The notes: generated by a model not told the origin, from the sequence alone. Positions 9,977 through 18,214 are shown, numbered from the stretch's first letter. The stretch: 36,697 bases of DNA from Acidimicrobiales bacterium (GCA_036511155.1 DATCCR010000245.1:1-36697), one strand, 5' to 3'. Program-made: numbers and translations.

Positions 9977-11041
9977 ATGTCGACACTCGGTCCGGTGCCG
10001 GGTCAACCCCGGCACGCCTTCGCCTCCGACAACTGGGCCGGGGTCCATCCCGAGGTCCTCGAGGCCGTCGCCCGGGCGAACGTCGGCCACGCCCCCGCCT
10101 ACGGGGCCGACGCCGTGACCGAAGAGGCGCTGGCCCTGTTCCGCTCCCATTTCGGGCCCGACGCCGAGGTCTGCTTCTGCTTCAACGGGACCGGCGCCAA
10201 CGTCGTCGGTCTACAGACGCTGCTGAGGCCGTTCGAGGCGGTGGTCTGCGCGGAGGGCGCCCACATCGACGTCGACGAGTGCGGCGCCCCCGAGCGCTTC
10301 CTCGGCTCGAAGCTGCTCACCGTGCCCACGCGGGACGGGAAGCTCACGCCGGCGTCGGCTGCGTCGAGGGTGCGTGGCGTCGGCGACGAGCACCATGTGC
10401 AGGCCCGGGTCGTCTCCATCACCCAGAGCACGGAGATCGGCACCGTGTACACCGTCGACGAGATCTCGGCACTGGCCGACTGGGCTCATTCGGAGGGGAT
10501 GCTGCTCCACCTCGACGGGGCCCGGATCGCCAACGCCGCGGTGTCGTTGGGGGTTGACTTCGGGGCGTTCGGGCCGGAGGCGGGCGTGGACGTCCTCTCC
10601 TTCGGGGGCACGAAGAACGGTGCCCTCGGAGCGGAAGCGGTCATCACGTTCCGTCCCGAGTCGTCGACCTCGCTGCGGTTCATCCGGAAGCAGTCGATGC
10701 AGCTGTCGTCCAAGATGCGCTTCGTGGCCGCCCAGTTCGTGGCACTCCTCACCGATGACCTGTGGAAGCGGAACGCCTCGAATGCCAACGCCATGGCCGC
10801 TCGACTCGGGGCCCGTGCCTCGGCACTACCCGGGGTCACCTTGACCCAACCGGTGCAGGCCAACGCCGTGTTCGCCGTGGTGCCGCCGGCGGTGACCGAG
10901 GCGTTGCAGGCCGAGTGGCCGTACTACGTGTGGGACGAGCGCACGGGGGTCGTGCGGTGGATGGCGTCGTTCGACACCACCGTGTCCGACGTCGACGGGT
11001 TCGTGGAGCGGCTGACCCAGGAGTTGGCCGAGTTGAGGTGA
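9977..11041 (+). CDS. threonine aldolase family / beta-eliminating-lyase PLP enzyme
   Basis: This lies in ORF 9914..11041, with the start at ATG 9977 (MSTLGPVPGQPRHAFASDNWAGVHPEVLEAV). Family blocks are FNGTGANVVGL, ITQSTEIGTVYT, LHLDGARIANA and SFGGTKNG. The TGA stop at 11039-11041 lies inside the pentanucleotide repeat. Confidence 0.85.
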   Translation: MSTLGPVPGQPRHAFASDNWAGVHPEVLEAVARANVGHAPAYGADAVTEEALALFRSHFGPDAEVCFCFNGTGANVVGLQTLLRPFEAVVCAEGAHIDVDECGAPERFLGSKLLTVPTRDGKLTPASAASRVRGVGDEHHVQARVVSITQSTEIGTVYTVDEISALADWAHSEGMLLHLDGARIANAAVSLGVDFGAFGPEAGVDVLSFGGTKNGALGAEAVITFRPESSTSLRFIRKQSMQLSSKMRFVAAQFVALLTDDLWKRNASNANAMAARLGARASALPGVTLTQPVQANAVFAVVPPAVTEALQAEWPYYVWDERTGVVRWMASFDTTVSDVDGFVERLTQELAELR

Positions 11042-11069
11042 GGTGAGGTGAGGTGAGGTGAGGTGAGGT
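11035..11069 (+). repeat. (GAGGT)7 pentanucleotide microsatellite
   Basis: Read directly: seven perfect GAGGT units lie at 11035-11069. Each junction creates a TGA, so stops occur in all three plus-strand frames. Confidence 0.95.
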
Positions 11070-11072
11070 GAG

Positions 11073-11095
11073 GGGCTGGGCTGGGCTGGGCTGGG
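11073..11095 (+). repeat. (GGGCT)4GGG microsatellite, canonical G-quadruplex motif
   Basis: Read directly: five G3 tracts are separated by 2-nt CT loops. Confidence 0.9.
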
Positions 11096-11186
11096 ATGCG
11101 ACCGGGGATGGGACCGGGTATGGGACCGGGGGGCCAACGTCCGATCAGGCCGGGGCTGGATCTCGGACCGGGGCCCCGACGTCCGA

Positions 11187-11990
11187 TCAGGCCGGGGGGC
11201 GTCCAGGTCCGGGCGGGCCGGCGAACGCCTGGGCCACCGAGATCCAGTCCTCGGCCAGTGCACCTTCGACCACCAGGTCGGTGTCGGCCACGTTCCGGCG
11301 CTGGGTGACGACCAGACAGAAGTCGAGCGCCGTACCGGTGACCGAGGAGACGGGCCCTTCGTCGGTCGGGTCCCCGATCTCCCACCGCCACTCGCCGCCG
11401 TCCGGGGAGGTTACGACGACGTCGATGCGCCCAGGCGGGACGTCCTTCCCTCGCACCAGGTAGGAGAACGGGCGGGCCCGCACCCCGAGGTGCGCAATGT
11501 GCTGGAGCCGTGCCGTCGGCGGACGGTCGACGCCCAATGCGTCGTAGATGTCCTGGCCGTGGGCCCACGTCTCCATCAACCGTGCCGAGATGAACGAGAG
11601 CGTGCCCATCGGCGGCCCGTACCAGGGGACCCGGGCCGAGGGGTCGGCGGCCGCGAACGCCTCGATCATGGCCCGGTGCGCACCGTCCCACCAGGACAGC
11701 AGCTCGTCGCCACCCATGGACCTGCCACGGGAGAGATGGACCTCCATCGGGTCGCCGGTGGCAGCCAGGACGTCCTCGACCGATCGGGCGAAGGCGTCCG
11801 GATCGACCATGGCCATCCGGCCGGCGTCGTCGAAGTAGGCGAGGTGGCTGATCTGGTCGCGGATCGCCCAGCCCTCCGCTGGGGTGGCCAGGTCCCACCT
11901 CGGGTCGCCGTCTGTCATTCCGTCGACCGCCGCTCGCAGGTCGGCGTACTCGGCGTCGAGGTCGTCCAGGAGCCCGGGCAGCGTCGTCAT
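11187..11990 (-). CDS. TIGR03084-type / maleylpyruvate-isomerase (DinB-like, mycothiol-dependent) family protein
   Basis: This is ORF 11187..11990. The N-terminal DinB-like pattern is LLDDLDAEYADLRAAV..WDLATPAEGWAIRDQISHLAYFD. Later blocks are ARLMETWAHGQDI and a C-terminal beta domain. It converges on the aldolase gene. Confidence 0.8.
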   Translation of the reverse strand: MTTLPGLLDDLDAEYADLRAAVDGMTDGDPRWDLATPAEGWAIRDQISHLAYFDDAGRMAMVDPDAFARSVEDVLAATGDPMEVHLSRGRSMGGDELLSWWDGAHRAMIEAFAAADPSARVPWYGPPMGTLSFISARLMETWAHGQDIYDALGVDRPPTARLQHIAHLGVRARPFSYLVRGKDVPPGRIDVVVTSPDGGEWRWEIGDPTDEGPVSSVTGTALDFCLVVTQRRNVADTDLVVEGALAEDWISVAQAFAGPPGPGRPPA

Positions 11991-12044
11991 GCCACGAGGC
12001 TACGACACGTCGTCGCAACGGGCCGATCAACCGCTGTGGTCCGA

Positions 12045-12341
12045 TCATCCACCCGTTTCCAGCCAGGTCCGCTCCATCGACACCACCTCGATCTCGGGAT
12101 CCGACCAGATGAAGCGTTCCACCGAGTCGAGCACGTCGGTCACCTGCCCCGGCGTGCCCGACACAGCGGCGAACCCGAGTTCGCAGCGCTGCCACTGGTC
12201 CTGGTGGTCGACTTCGGCGGCGGCCACCCCGAAGCGGGACCGGCTGCCGTCGACGAGACGCCTGACCACCGCCCGCCTGTCCTTCAGGGAATGGCTTGCG
12301 GGGATGCGGAAATCGACGGCGAGGGCGCAGGCGTGGAGCAC
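12045..12341 (-). CDS. DUF503 family protein (YlxP-like)
   Basis: This lies in ORF 12045..12434. I place the start at GTG 12341, giving (M)LHACALAVDFRIPASHSLKDRRAVVRRLVD.... This matches the DUF503 N-terminal pattern (hydrophobic strand, then HSLK-E/D-KR). The start is uncertain. Confidence 0.6.
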   Translation of the reverse strand: MLHACALAVDFRIPASHSLKDRRAVVRRLVDGSRSRFGVAAAEVDHQDQWQRCELGFAAVSGTPGQVTDVLDSVERFIWSDPEIEVVSMERTWLETGG

Positions 12342-12435
12342 CCGACCAGACTGCCCGACGGGTGCGACGGCCGCGTGCTGACCCAAGTGTTCGGGACGAG
12401 ACGACCGGGCGTCGGGACCCACCGCCTCCCGCACG

Positions 12436-12479
12436 CGACAGAACCCGCCGCGCTCGGGTGGGCGGGGCGGGTTCTGTCG
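12436..12479 (-). terminator. long hairpin downstream of the 12579..13463 gene
   Basis: CGACAGAACCCGCC (12436-12449) pairs perfectly with GGCGGGTTCTGTCG (12466-12479), a 14-bp stem with a 16-nt loop. There is no U-tract, which is common for high-GC actinobacterial terminators. Confidence 0.4.
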
Positions 12480-12541
12480 GACGCCGGGACGACAGGTCGA
12501 TCGGGCTTGGGGGGGAGGGCGCCGGACCTGTGCGATGTCCC

Positions 12542-12576
12542 GGGGATCTGGGGGATCTGGGGGGATCTGGGGGGGG
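12542..12576 (+). repeat. (GGGGATCT)3 + G8 tandem repeat, G-quadruplex motif
   Basis: Read directly: G-runs of 4, 5, 6 and 8 nt are separated by ATCT loops. The repeat ends 2 nt before the stop codon (12579-12581) of the minus-strand gene. Confidence 0.9.
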
Positions 12577-12578
12577 CG

Positions 12579-13463
12579 TCAGGCCAAGGTTGACCCTGAC
12601 GACGAGCCGCTGGACGTGGTCGAGCTGCTGGACGAACCCGACGACGAGGTGCCTCTGGACCAAGACGGTGCCCAGCCGCCTGGGCCGCCAGGACCGTGGG
12701 TGCCGCCCGGTCCTCCGGACCCGCCCGGTCCTCCGATGCCGACCTGGGTGGCCGTCACCGTGTTGTTGGTATCCGTGCCGAACACGGCCACGTGCGCACC
12801 GACTGTCACGTCGGCGATCGAGGCCGCCGTCTTGCCGAACTCCATGAACGAGGTGGACGAACCGACGTCGACAGTCACCTTCGTCCCGTCGGGGGTGGTC
12901 AGGGTGAAGATGTTCGTGCCCACCGAGGCGACCGTGCCCACAGCGGCCGGCGGGGTCCCGCCGAAGCCCATGTGGCCACCGGGTCCGTCGCCGTCACCGG
13001 GGCCACCGGCACCGGCGATGGCCACCTTGGTGGCGGCAACCGTGTTGGAGGCTTCCGTGCCGAAGACGGCCACGTGGTCACCGACCTTCACGTCGGCGAT
13101 CGACGGCGTGGTGACAGCGTGGTCCACGTAGGTGGTCGTGCCGCTCACGTCGACCGTCACCTTCGCCCCGTCATGGGTGGTCAGGGTGAACGTGTTCGTG
13201 CCCACCGAGGCGACCGTCCCGAAGGCGGTCGGCGGGGTCCCGCCGAAGCCCATGTGGCCACCGGGTCCGTCTGCATGGCTGGCCGGTGGTGTGGTCGAGG
13301 AACTCGATCCCGTGGCCGCACCGGCGATGGCGCCCCCACCGACCGCCAGTCCCAACGCCACGGCGGCCGCATAGGTGACACGAACGCCCCTACGGCGCTT
13401 GCTCGACGTGGAGAAGGGATCGGTCTCGTTGGCCGGGGTCGACCCGTCGTCGTGGTTGTTCAT
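12579..13463 (-). CDS. secreted repeat protein with two DUF5666-like modules and a Gly/Pro/Ser tail
   Basis: This lies in ORF 12579..13526, with the start at ATG 13463 (AAGAGGAG upstream). A signal/TM segment is present (RRRGVRVTYAAAVALGLAVGGGAIAGAA). Two roughly 94-aa modules each begin DGPGGHMGFGGTPP.A.GTVASVGTN.FTLTT.DG.KVTVDV. The DUF5666 label is from recollection. Confidence 0.7.
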   Translation of the reverse strand: MNNHDDGSTPANETDPFSTSSKRRRGVRVTYAAAVALGLAVGGGAIAGAATGSSSSTTPPASHADGPGGHMGFGGTPPTAFGTVASVGTNTFTLTTHDGAKVTVDVSGTTTYVDHAVTTPSIADVKVGDHVAVFGTEASNTVAATKVAIAGAGGPGDGDGPGGHMGFGGTPPAAVGTVASVGTNIFTLTTPDGTKVTVDVGSSTSFMEFGKTAASIADVTVGAHVAVFGTDTNNTVTATQVGIGGPGGSGGPGGTHGPGGPGGWAPSWSRGTSSSGSSSSSTTSSGSSSGSTLA

Positions 13464-13678
13464 GTCGTGCTCCTCTTGATTGCCGGGAGATGTCTGCGAG
13501 GGTTGTCGTTGGACGATCATCAGCATCGGCCACGTACCTGTGAGCAGCCTGTGAGCCGGGCGAGCGACACCTTGGAATCCAGGCCTATCCCGGTCCGTCC
13601 TGGACCGGTCGGTCGCCGGGGCTCTCGGTCATACTGCCTGGTCAGCGGCCCGTCACAGCCCTCTGGAACACTGGGTCC

Positions 13679-15220
13679 ATGACGGCGACCATGGCCCATG
13701 GCACCCCGATCGAACGGTCGAGCGACCGGCCCTCGCCGGGTGGCGCCCACCAGGGCCCGGACACCTCGGCGAAGGCCACCATCGCTCCGATCGACGCCGG
13801 GAAGTCCCGGGTCGGACTGCCCGTCGAGCAGGCCACCGAGCTGCTGGCCGGCATGGTCACCCGGCTCGACCCCTCCCGGCTGACCGGGTCCGACGCCGCC
13901 CACCTGTACGGGCTGATCGCCGGCCTGGACCGCCTGTCCATGGCCGCCAAGACCCTGCTGGCGCCCCGCATCGACGAGTCGGGGGTCTGGCGCGACTCGG
14001 GCCACCGCTCACCGGCGGCCCTGCTGGCCGAACTCGAGGGCGTGCCCACCGGCCAGGCCCGGAACACCCTCGAGGTGGGCCAGCGCCTCCGCCAGCTGCC
14101 CGGGACGGAGGACGCCCTGCGCAGCGGCACGCTGTCCGGGCCCAAGGTGGCCGAGCTGTCGGGCGCCGCGGTCCTCGACCCGGCGGGCGAGTCGGCACTG
14201 CTCGAAGGTGCGGCCGGGCAGCCACTGCAGTTCGTCAAGGAGCGGTGTCAGCGGTCCCGGGCGACCTCGGTCCACAACGACCCGATGGCCGCCGTCCGGC
14301 GCATCCACGCGTCCCGCAACTTCTCCTGGTGGACGGATCCGGAGGGTGCCTTCTGCTACCAGGGGCGCGACACCGCCGACCGCGGCGCCAAGATCCTCCA
14401 GCAGTTGGAGTACACCGCGAGCCGGCTCCGGAGAGCCGACGACCGGACCACCCCCTCGACCGGGTCGGACGGCCCGCCGGCCACGACCGAGCGGAACCGG
14501 CGGGCCGACGCGTTCTTCTCGTTGATGACCGGTGACACGTCGTCCCGCTCCACCACCGTCACCCGTTCGGGGTCCCCGCCCGACGGCGACACCGACCCGG
14601 GCCCACCGGAGGACCAGATCTCGGCCCCGCTCGAGTTCGGTGCTGACCCGGTCGACCGGCCACCGCATCTCCGTCCCGCGGCCGCCGTCGACCCACCGGG
14701 GGGCTCGCCACCCCCCGACGACGTGATCGACCGGCCTCCCTCGTGCTCGATCATGGTCCGGGTGGACCTCGATGCCCTCCTGCGCGGCACCGCACGGCCC
14801 GGTGAGGTCTGCGAGATCGACAACCAGGGCCCCGTCCCGGTGGCGATGGCCCGGGACATGGCCAACGACTCGTTCCTCCGCTTCGTCTTCCACCAGGCGG
14901 GTGACATCCGGGCCATCTCGCACTTCGGGCGGACGATCAACCGCCACCTGCGCACGGCGCTGGCCCACCGGGACCGGTGCTGTGTGGTCCCCGGGTGCGG
15001 CGTGTCCTACGGCCTGGAGATCGACCACATCCAGGAGTTCGCCCGGGGCGGACCGACCGAGCTGGCGAACCTCGCCCTCTTGTGCCATCACCATCACTAC
15101 CTGAAGACGTATGAAGGGTGGACCCTCGAGCGGATGGGCACCGAGGCCGACGGAACGCCCGAGTGGTCGTTCACCCCGATGCCGCCCTTCGGGCAGGAGC
15201 CGGACCCACCGGGTGGATGA
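13679..15220 (+). CDS. DUF222 + HNH endonuclease (13E12-repeat-type protein)
   Basis: This is ORF 13679..15220. It has an N-terminal DUF222-like helical region and a C-terminal HNH domain: HRDRCCVVPGCGVSYGLEIDHIQEFARGGPTELANLALLCHHHHYLKTYEGW. Confidence 0.9.
   Translation: MTATMAHGTPIERSSDRPSPGGAHQGPDTSAKATIAPIDAGKSRVGLPVEQATELLAGMVTRLDPSRLTGSDAAHLYGLIAGLDRLSMAAKTLLAPRIDESGVWRDSGHRSPAALLAELEGVPTGQARNTLEVGQRLRQLPGTEDALRSGTLSGPKVAELSGAAVLDPAGESALLEGAAGQPLQFVKERCQRSRATSVHNDPMAAVRRIHASRNFSWWTDPEGAFCYQGRDTADRGAKILQQLEYTASRLRRADDRTTPSTGSDGPPATTERNRRADAFFSLMTGDTSSRSTTVTRSGSPPDGDTDPGPPEDQISAPLEFGADPVDRPPHLRPAAAVDPPGGSPPPDDVIDRPPSCSIMVRVDLDALLRGTARPGEVCEIDNQGPVPVAMARDMANDSFLRFVFHQAGDIRAISHFGRTINRHLRTALAHRDRCCVVPGCGVSYGLEIDHIQEFARGGPTELANLALLCHHHHYLKTYEGWTLERMGTEADGTPEWSFTPMPPFGQEPDPPGG
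15068..15220 (+). repeat. direct repeat copy 1 (3' end of the HNH gene); the partner is at 18771..18923
   Basis: I aligned the two copies by eye at an offset of 3703 nt and counted 149/153 identical positions. The mismatches are at 15113 and three in the last 10 nt. Confidence 0.9.
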
Positions 15221-15669
15221 CGACGGGCTCCAGCCGGTAGCGATCGAAGGTGCTCGTTGGAATGCCGGACTGCCACGCCGAGACGGCGATTGCTCGGGGA
15301 CACCCTCGGGCCGACTCCTTACATGGGGCCGTGGACTTGCAAACTTGACCATGGCAATGACGATGGAGGGCGCGGAAGAAGCTGCAGGGTGCCTGCTCGA
15401 AAGGAGACTTTGGACTCTGGAGACTGCGCTCCGTTTCGCGCACACTCATGGTGATGGATCCGGAAGGGTTCCGAAGGAGGCGCCTATGCGATGTATGCAC
15501 GAAGGGCCATCTTGAGAGCGGATGGCAGAGGATTGACTGGGAGAGATCCCAGTAGGCCCAGGTAGACCAAGGCAAGCAGCTCGAAGTGGGAGCGTTGCAA
15601 CGGCACCGGACAAGGAAGTCCAGCTGGTTGCCATTTTCTCGAGTGAACCGTTCTCGGAGTACAAGCAAG

Positions 15670-15711
15670 AAAAGCGCCCGGTCCCCGCTACCGCGTGGGA
15701 CGGGCGCTTTT
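15670..15711. terminator. bidirectional intrinsic terminator
   Basis: AAAAGCGCCCG (15670-15680) pairs with CGGGCGCTTTT (15701-15711), an 11-bp stem extended by 4 more bp after a 1-nt bulge, with an 11-nt loop. An A-tract lies 5' and a T-tract 3'. On the minus strand the hairpin is followed by TTTTCTTGCTTGT. Confidence 0.55.
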
Positions 15712-15901
15712 GCGTAAGTGAAATCCCACTGATGGGTTCGACTGCGGTTCGAACTGCCGGGTGCTCCAACCATCCGTTCGTGAGCGTTTGGCGTTCGGCA
15801 AGCGCCCGTTGCCGGATAGGGCGCCCCGAGTCGGCGGCATGGGTACCGAGCACCGAAGTGCCATGTTTCACATTCTCAAATTTGGCCGCCGATGTGCTCC
15901 T

Positions 15902-16741
15902 TCAACTGCGATTGCGGGCGGTGAGTAGTAGGTACTCCCAGTCCATGACCGTCGTGTCGGTGCCATAGTCGAAGCGTCGGGCGAGGTCGGCGAGGTCGCG
16001 GTCCAGCGCATCAATCCGATCAGGGTCGTCGGCGATTCCCCGGTAGGCGGCGATCGTCGGGCCATAGTGAGTCTTGAAGTACTCGCGGAATGTCTCGGGG
16101 TCGTCGAAACGATCTACTCTGACGTTGTCCCGGCGGGTCGCAACGTCAGTGACTCGGTCGCCGAGCAACGTGCGCACATGGTCCTCGTCGCCCCACAGCG
16201 GAGGCGGCAGAGCCCCCTGAGGCGGCGGTGGCGCGTACGGCTTCATCGTGGCGAGCATGTGACCGAGGAACCCCTCCGGAGTCCAGCTGAGTAGGCCGAC
16301 GGTACCGCCGGGGCGGCAGACCCGGATCAGTTCGTCGGCAGTGGCTTGGTGATGGGGGGCGAACATGACACCGACACAAGATAGGACCACGTCGAATTCG
16401 CCGTCGGCGAACGGCAATGCTTCGGCGTCCGCCTCGCGCCACTCCACCTCCACGCCGTGCTGGGCGGCCCTATTTCGCCCCGTCTCGAGCAGTTCGGGTG
16501 TGAGGTCACAGGCCACGACGCTCGCTCCGGTCAGGGCTGCGGGAATGGTGGCGTTGCCTGTCCCAGCGGCCACGTCCAATACCCGGGCCCCGGGCCCAAC
16601 CCCGCATGCCTCGACCAGGACGGCACCCAGGTCCGGAATGATCTCAGCGGCCACGCTGGGGTAATCGCCCAGGGCCCACATGGCCCGGTGTTTGGCCTTG
16701 AGGGCCTTGTCTGCCTCGACGGTGTCGCTCAGTGCAGTCAT
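15902..16741 (-). CDS. class I SAM-dependent methyltransferase
   Basis: This lies in ORF 15902..16846, with the start at ATG 16741 (GGAAGAGAG upstream). Motif I is VLDVAAGTGNATIPAA, followed by an acidic post-I residue (VACDL) and then EFDVVLSCVGVMF. Confidence 0.85.
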   Translation of the reverse strand: MTALSDTVEADKALKAKHRAMWALGDYPSVAAEIIPDLGAVLVEACGVGPGARVLDVAAGTGNATIPAALTGASVVACDLTPELLETGRNRAAQHGVEVEWREADAEALPFADGEFDVVLSCVGVMFAPHHQATADELIRVCRPGGTVGLLSWTPEGFLGHMLATMKPYAPPPPQGALPPPLWGDEDHVRTLLGDRVTDVATRRDNVRVDRFDDPETFREYFKTHYGPTIAAYRGIADDPDRIDALDRDLADLARRFDYGTDTTVMDWEYLLLTARNRS

Positions 16742-16851
16742 CGCATCTCTCTTCCTATGGCCGCGTACAGCACTTCGGGATGGACGATGAGCCGAACACA
16801 AGTCGTGAGCTGGCCCGATCGCCGGGGGGCTGATCCTCATCGTCACCGCCC

Positions 16852-17598
16852 TTGAATCAAAGCTATGGAAGAGCCGGTCCTCGGGCTAGTACAAGATCTG
16901 GACTGATAGCGTGCGCAGGCGTGGGGTCCGGGTACTACCAGTTCTGCCCCGTCGCCAAGGCGATGGAGCTGCTCGACGAGCGTTGGACCCTGCTCATCGT
17001 CCGCGAGCTGGTGAGCGGGAGCCAGCAATTCAACGAGCTGCGCCGCGGTCTGCCCCGAATGTCGCCGTCATTGCTGTCCAAACGGCTGCAACAGCTGGCA
17101 CGGGCTGGGATCATCGAGAGGAGGGTCGACGGGAGCGACGTACGGTACGTCCTGACGCCCGCGGGTCAGGAGCTCCAACCGGTGGTCGAGGCGCTGGGCA
17201 TTTGGGGTGTCCGTTGGATCGGCGAACTCGGCGACGAGGACCTCGATCCGAAACTCCTCTTGTGGGACATGCACCGCAACATCGACCACGCCGCCGTCCC
17301 CGGTGGGCGGACCGTGGTCCGGTTCAATTTCCCGGACGCACCAGCAAAGGCCCGTGATTGGTGGATGGTGATTACCGTCGATGACGCCGACGTGTGCGAT
17401 GTGGACCCCGGTCACCCAGTGGCCGTGACAGTGACCGCCAGCCTGCGCCGCATGGTCGAGGTCTGGCGCGGCGACTCAGAGTGGTCCGACGCCCTTCGTT
17501 CCGGCGAAATCGAAGTGAGCGGTCCCGATGCACTTCGCCGGGCCCTGCCGCTGTGGTTCACGCTCTCGGTGTTCGCTTCAGTCCCTCGGCCTGTGTAG
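16852..17598 (+). CDS. HxlR-family winged-helix transcriptional regulator with C-terminal extension
   Basis: This is ORF 16852..17598. CPVAKAMELLDERWTLLIVRELVSGSQQFNELRRGLPRMSPSLLSKRLQQLARAGIIERR is the HxlR signature. GTG 16921 is an alternative start. The gene is divergent from the methyltransferase. Confidence 0.8.
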   Translation: MNQSYGRAGPRASTRSGLIACAGVGSGYYQFCPVAKAMELLDERWTLLIVRELVSGSQQFNELRRGLPRMSPSLLSKRLQQLARAGIIERRVDGSDVRYVLTPAGQELQPVVEALGIWGVRWIGELGDEDLDPKLLLWDMHRNIDHAAVPGGRTVVRFNFPDAPAKARDWWMVITVDDADVCDVDPGHPVAVTVTASLRRMVEVWRGDSEWSDALRSGEIEVSGPDALRRALPLWFTLSVFASVPRPV

Positions 17599-17697
17599 TT
17601 GCTCAACGGCGCCGATCGCCCAGCCCAAGAGCTCTCCGCTCTGAGATCCTTTCGCCGCAGTTCGCGATACTCATTACCAAACACGGATGGCGCTTGA

Positions 17698-18026
17698 GTG
17701 CTCCGTAGGATGACGAGCTCAGCCATCGAAGGACGAACAAGGGGTCAACACCAATCAGCCCCAGGACGAGACACTCCCCGATGCGCTGGGTATCCCACCC
17801 GCACCGTTCAGCGACACCCCATAAGGGGTCTCATTAGCAACTTGCGGGCAATCTGGCCCTGCTCTGCACCCACCACCACCGGCTCAAGACCTACGAGGGA
17901 TGGATCCTGGAACGGCACGGGCCGAGCGACGAGGATCCCCAGTGGTCCTTCACGCCCCAGCCGGTCTTCGGCCAGGAGCCCGACCTCGGCCACGACCGAC
18001 CGCCCGAGACCACACCCCGGGAGTGA
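17698..18026 (+). pseudogene. degraded 3' fragment of a second DUF222-HNH gene
   Basis: My translation of 17850-18026 is NLALLCTHHHRLKTYEGWILERHGPSDEDPQWSFTPQPVFGQEPD...*, which parallels the end of the intact gene. Upstream, in a different frame, AIEGRT....RDTPRC.GYP parallels ISHFGRT....RDRCCVVPGC. At least one frameshift and an in-frame TAG are present. Confidence 0.6.
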
Positions 18027-18214
18027 GGGGGCTAGAGCTCGCCGGTCTCTTCGAGCCGAGTCCCGCCTCCGCGAACCGGAGATCACGGCATCAAGGCTAC
18101 CGAGGTGTTCGCCAAGGGACCTGAGCCTCTGATCAACGACGGAGTTCTTCGTATCTCGGCTGAGCCGATACTGGACGCGCTGCACCTCATCGGGAGGTGA
18201 CAAGGGGTCAGTAT

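Noticed and set aside
15540-15640. The GGAAGTCC-containing segment considered as an RNase P RNA fragment.
   Set aside because: Only a 7-8-nt resemblance to the conserved GAGGAAAGUCC box exists. None of the other universally conserved RNase P regions can be found nearby.
15221-15711. The idea that the HNH gene plus the downstream structured non-coding stretch is an RNA-guided nuclease module (IscB/TnpB-omegaRNA style).
   Set aside because: The protein is a DUF222-HNH type with no RuvC-like segments that I can see. The sequences downstream of the other two HNH 3' ends (18027 onward and 18924 onward) share no similarity with this stretch. The terminator is equally well explained as belonging to the convergent methyltransferase gene.
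15733-15770. tRNA or tmRNA-like 3' end (GGTTCGA motifs followed by ...GGGTGCTCCAACCA).
   Set aside because: I could not fold a T-arm, because the flanking 5-mers are not complementary, nor an acceptor stem, and there is no upstream cloverleaf. The two GGTTCGA motifs are a tandem 11/12-nt duplication rather than a T-loop.
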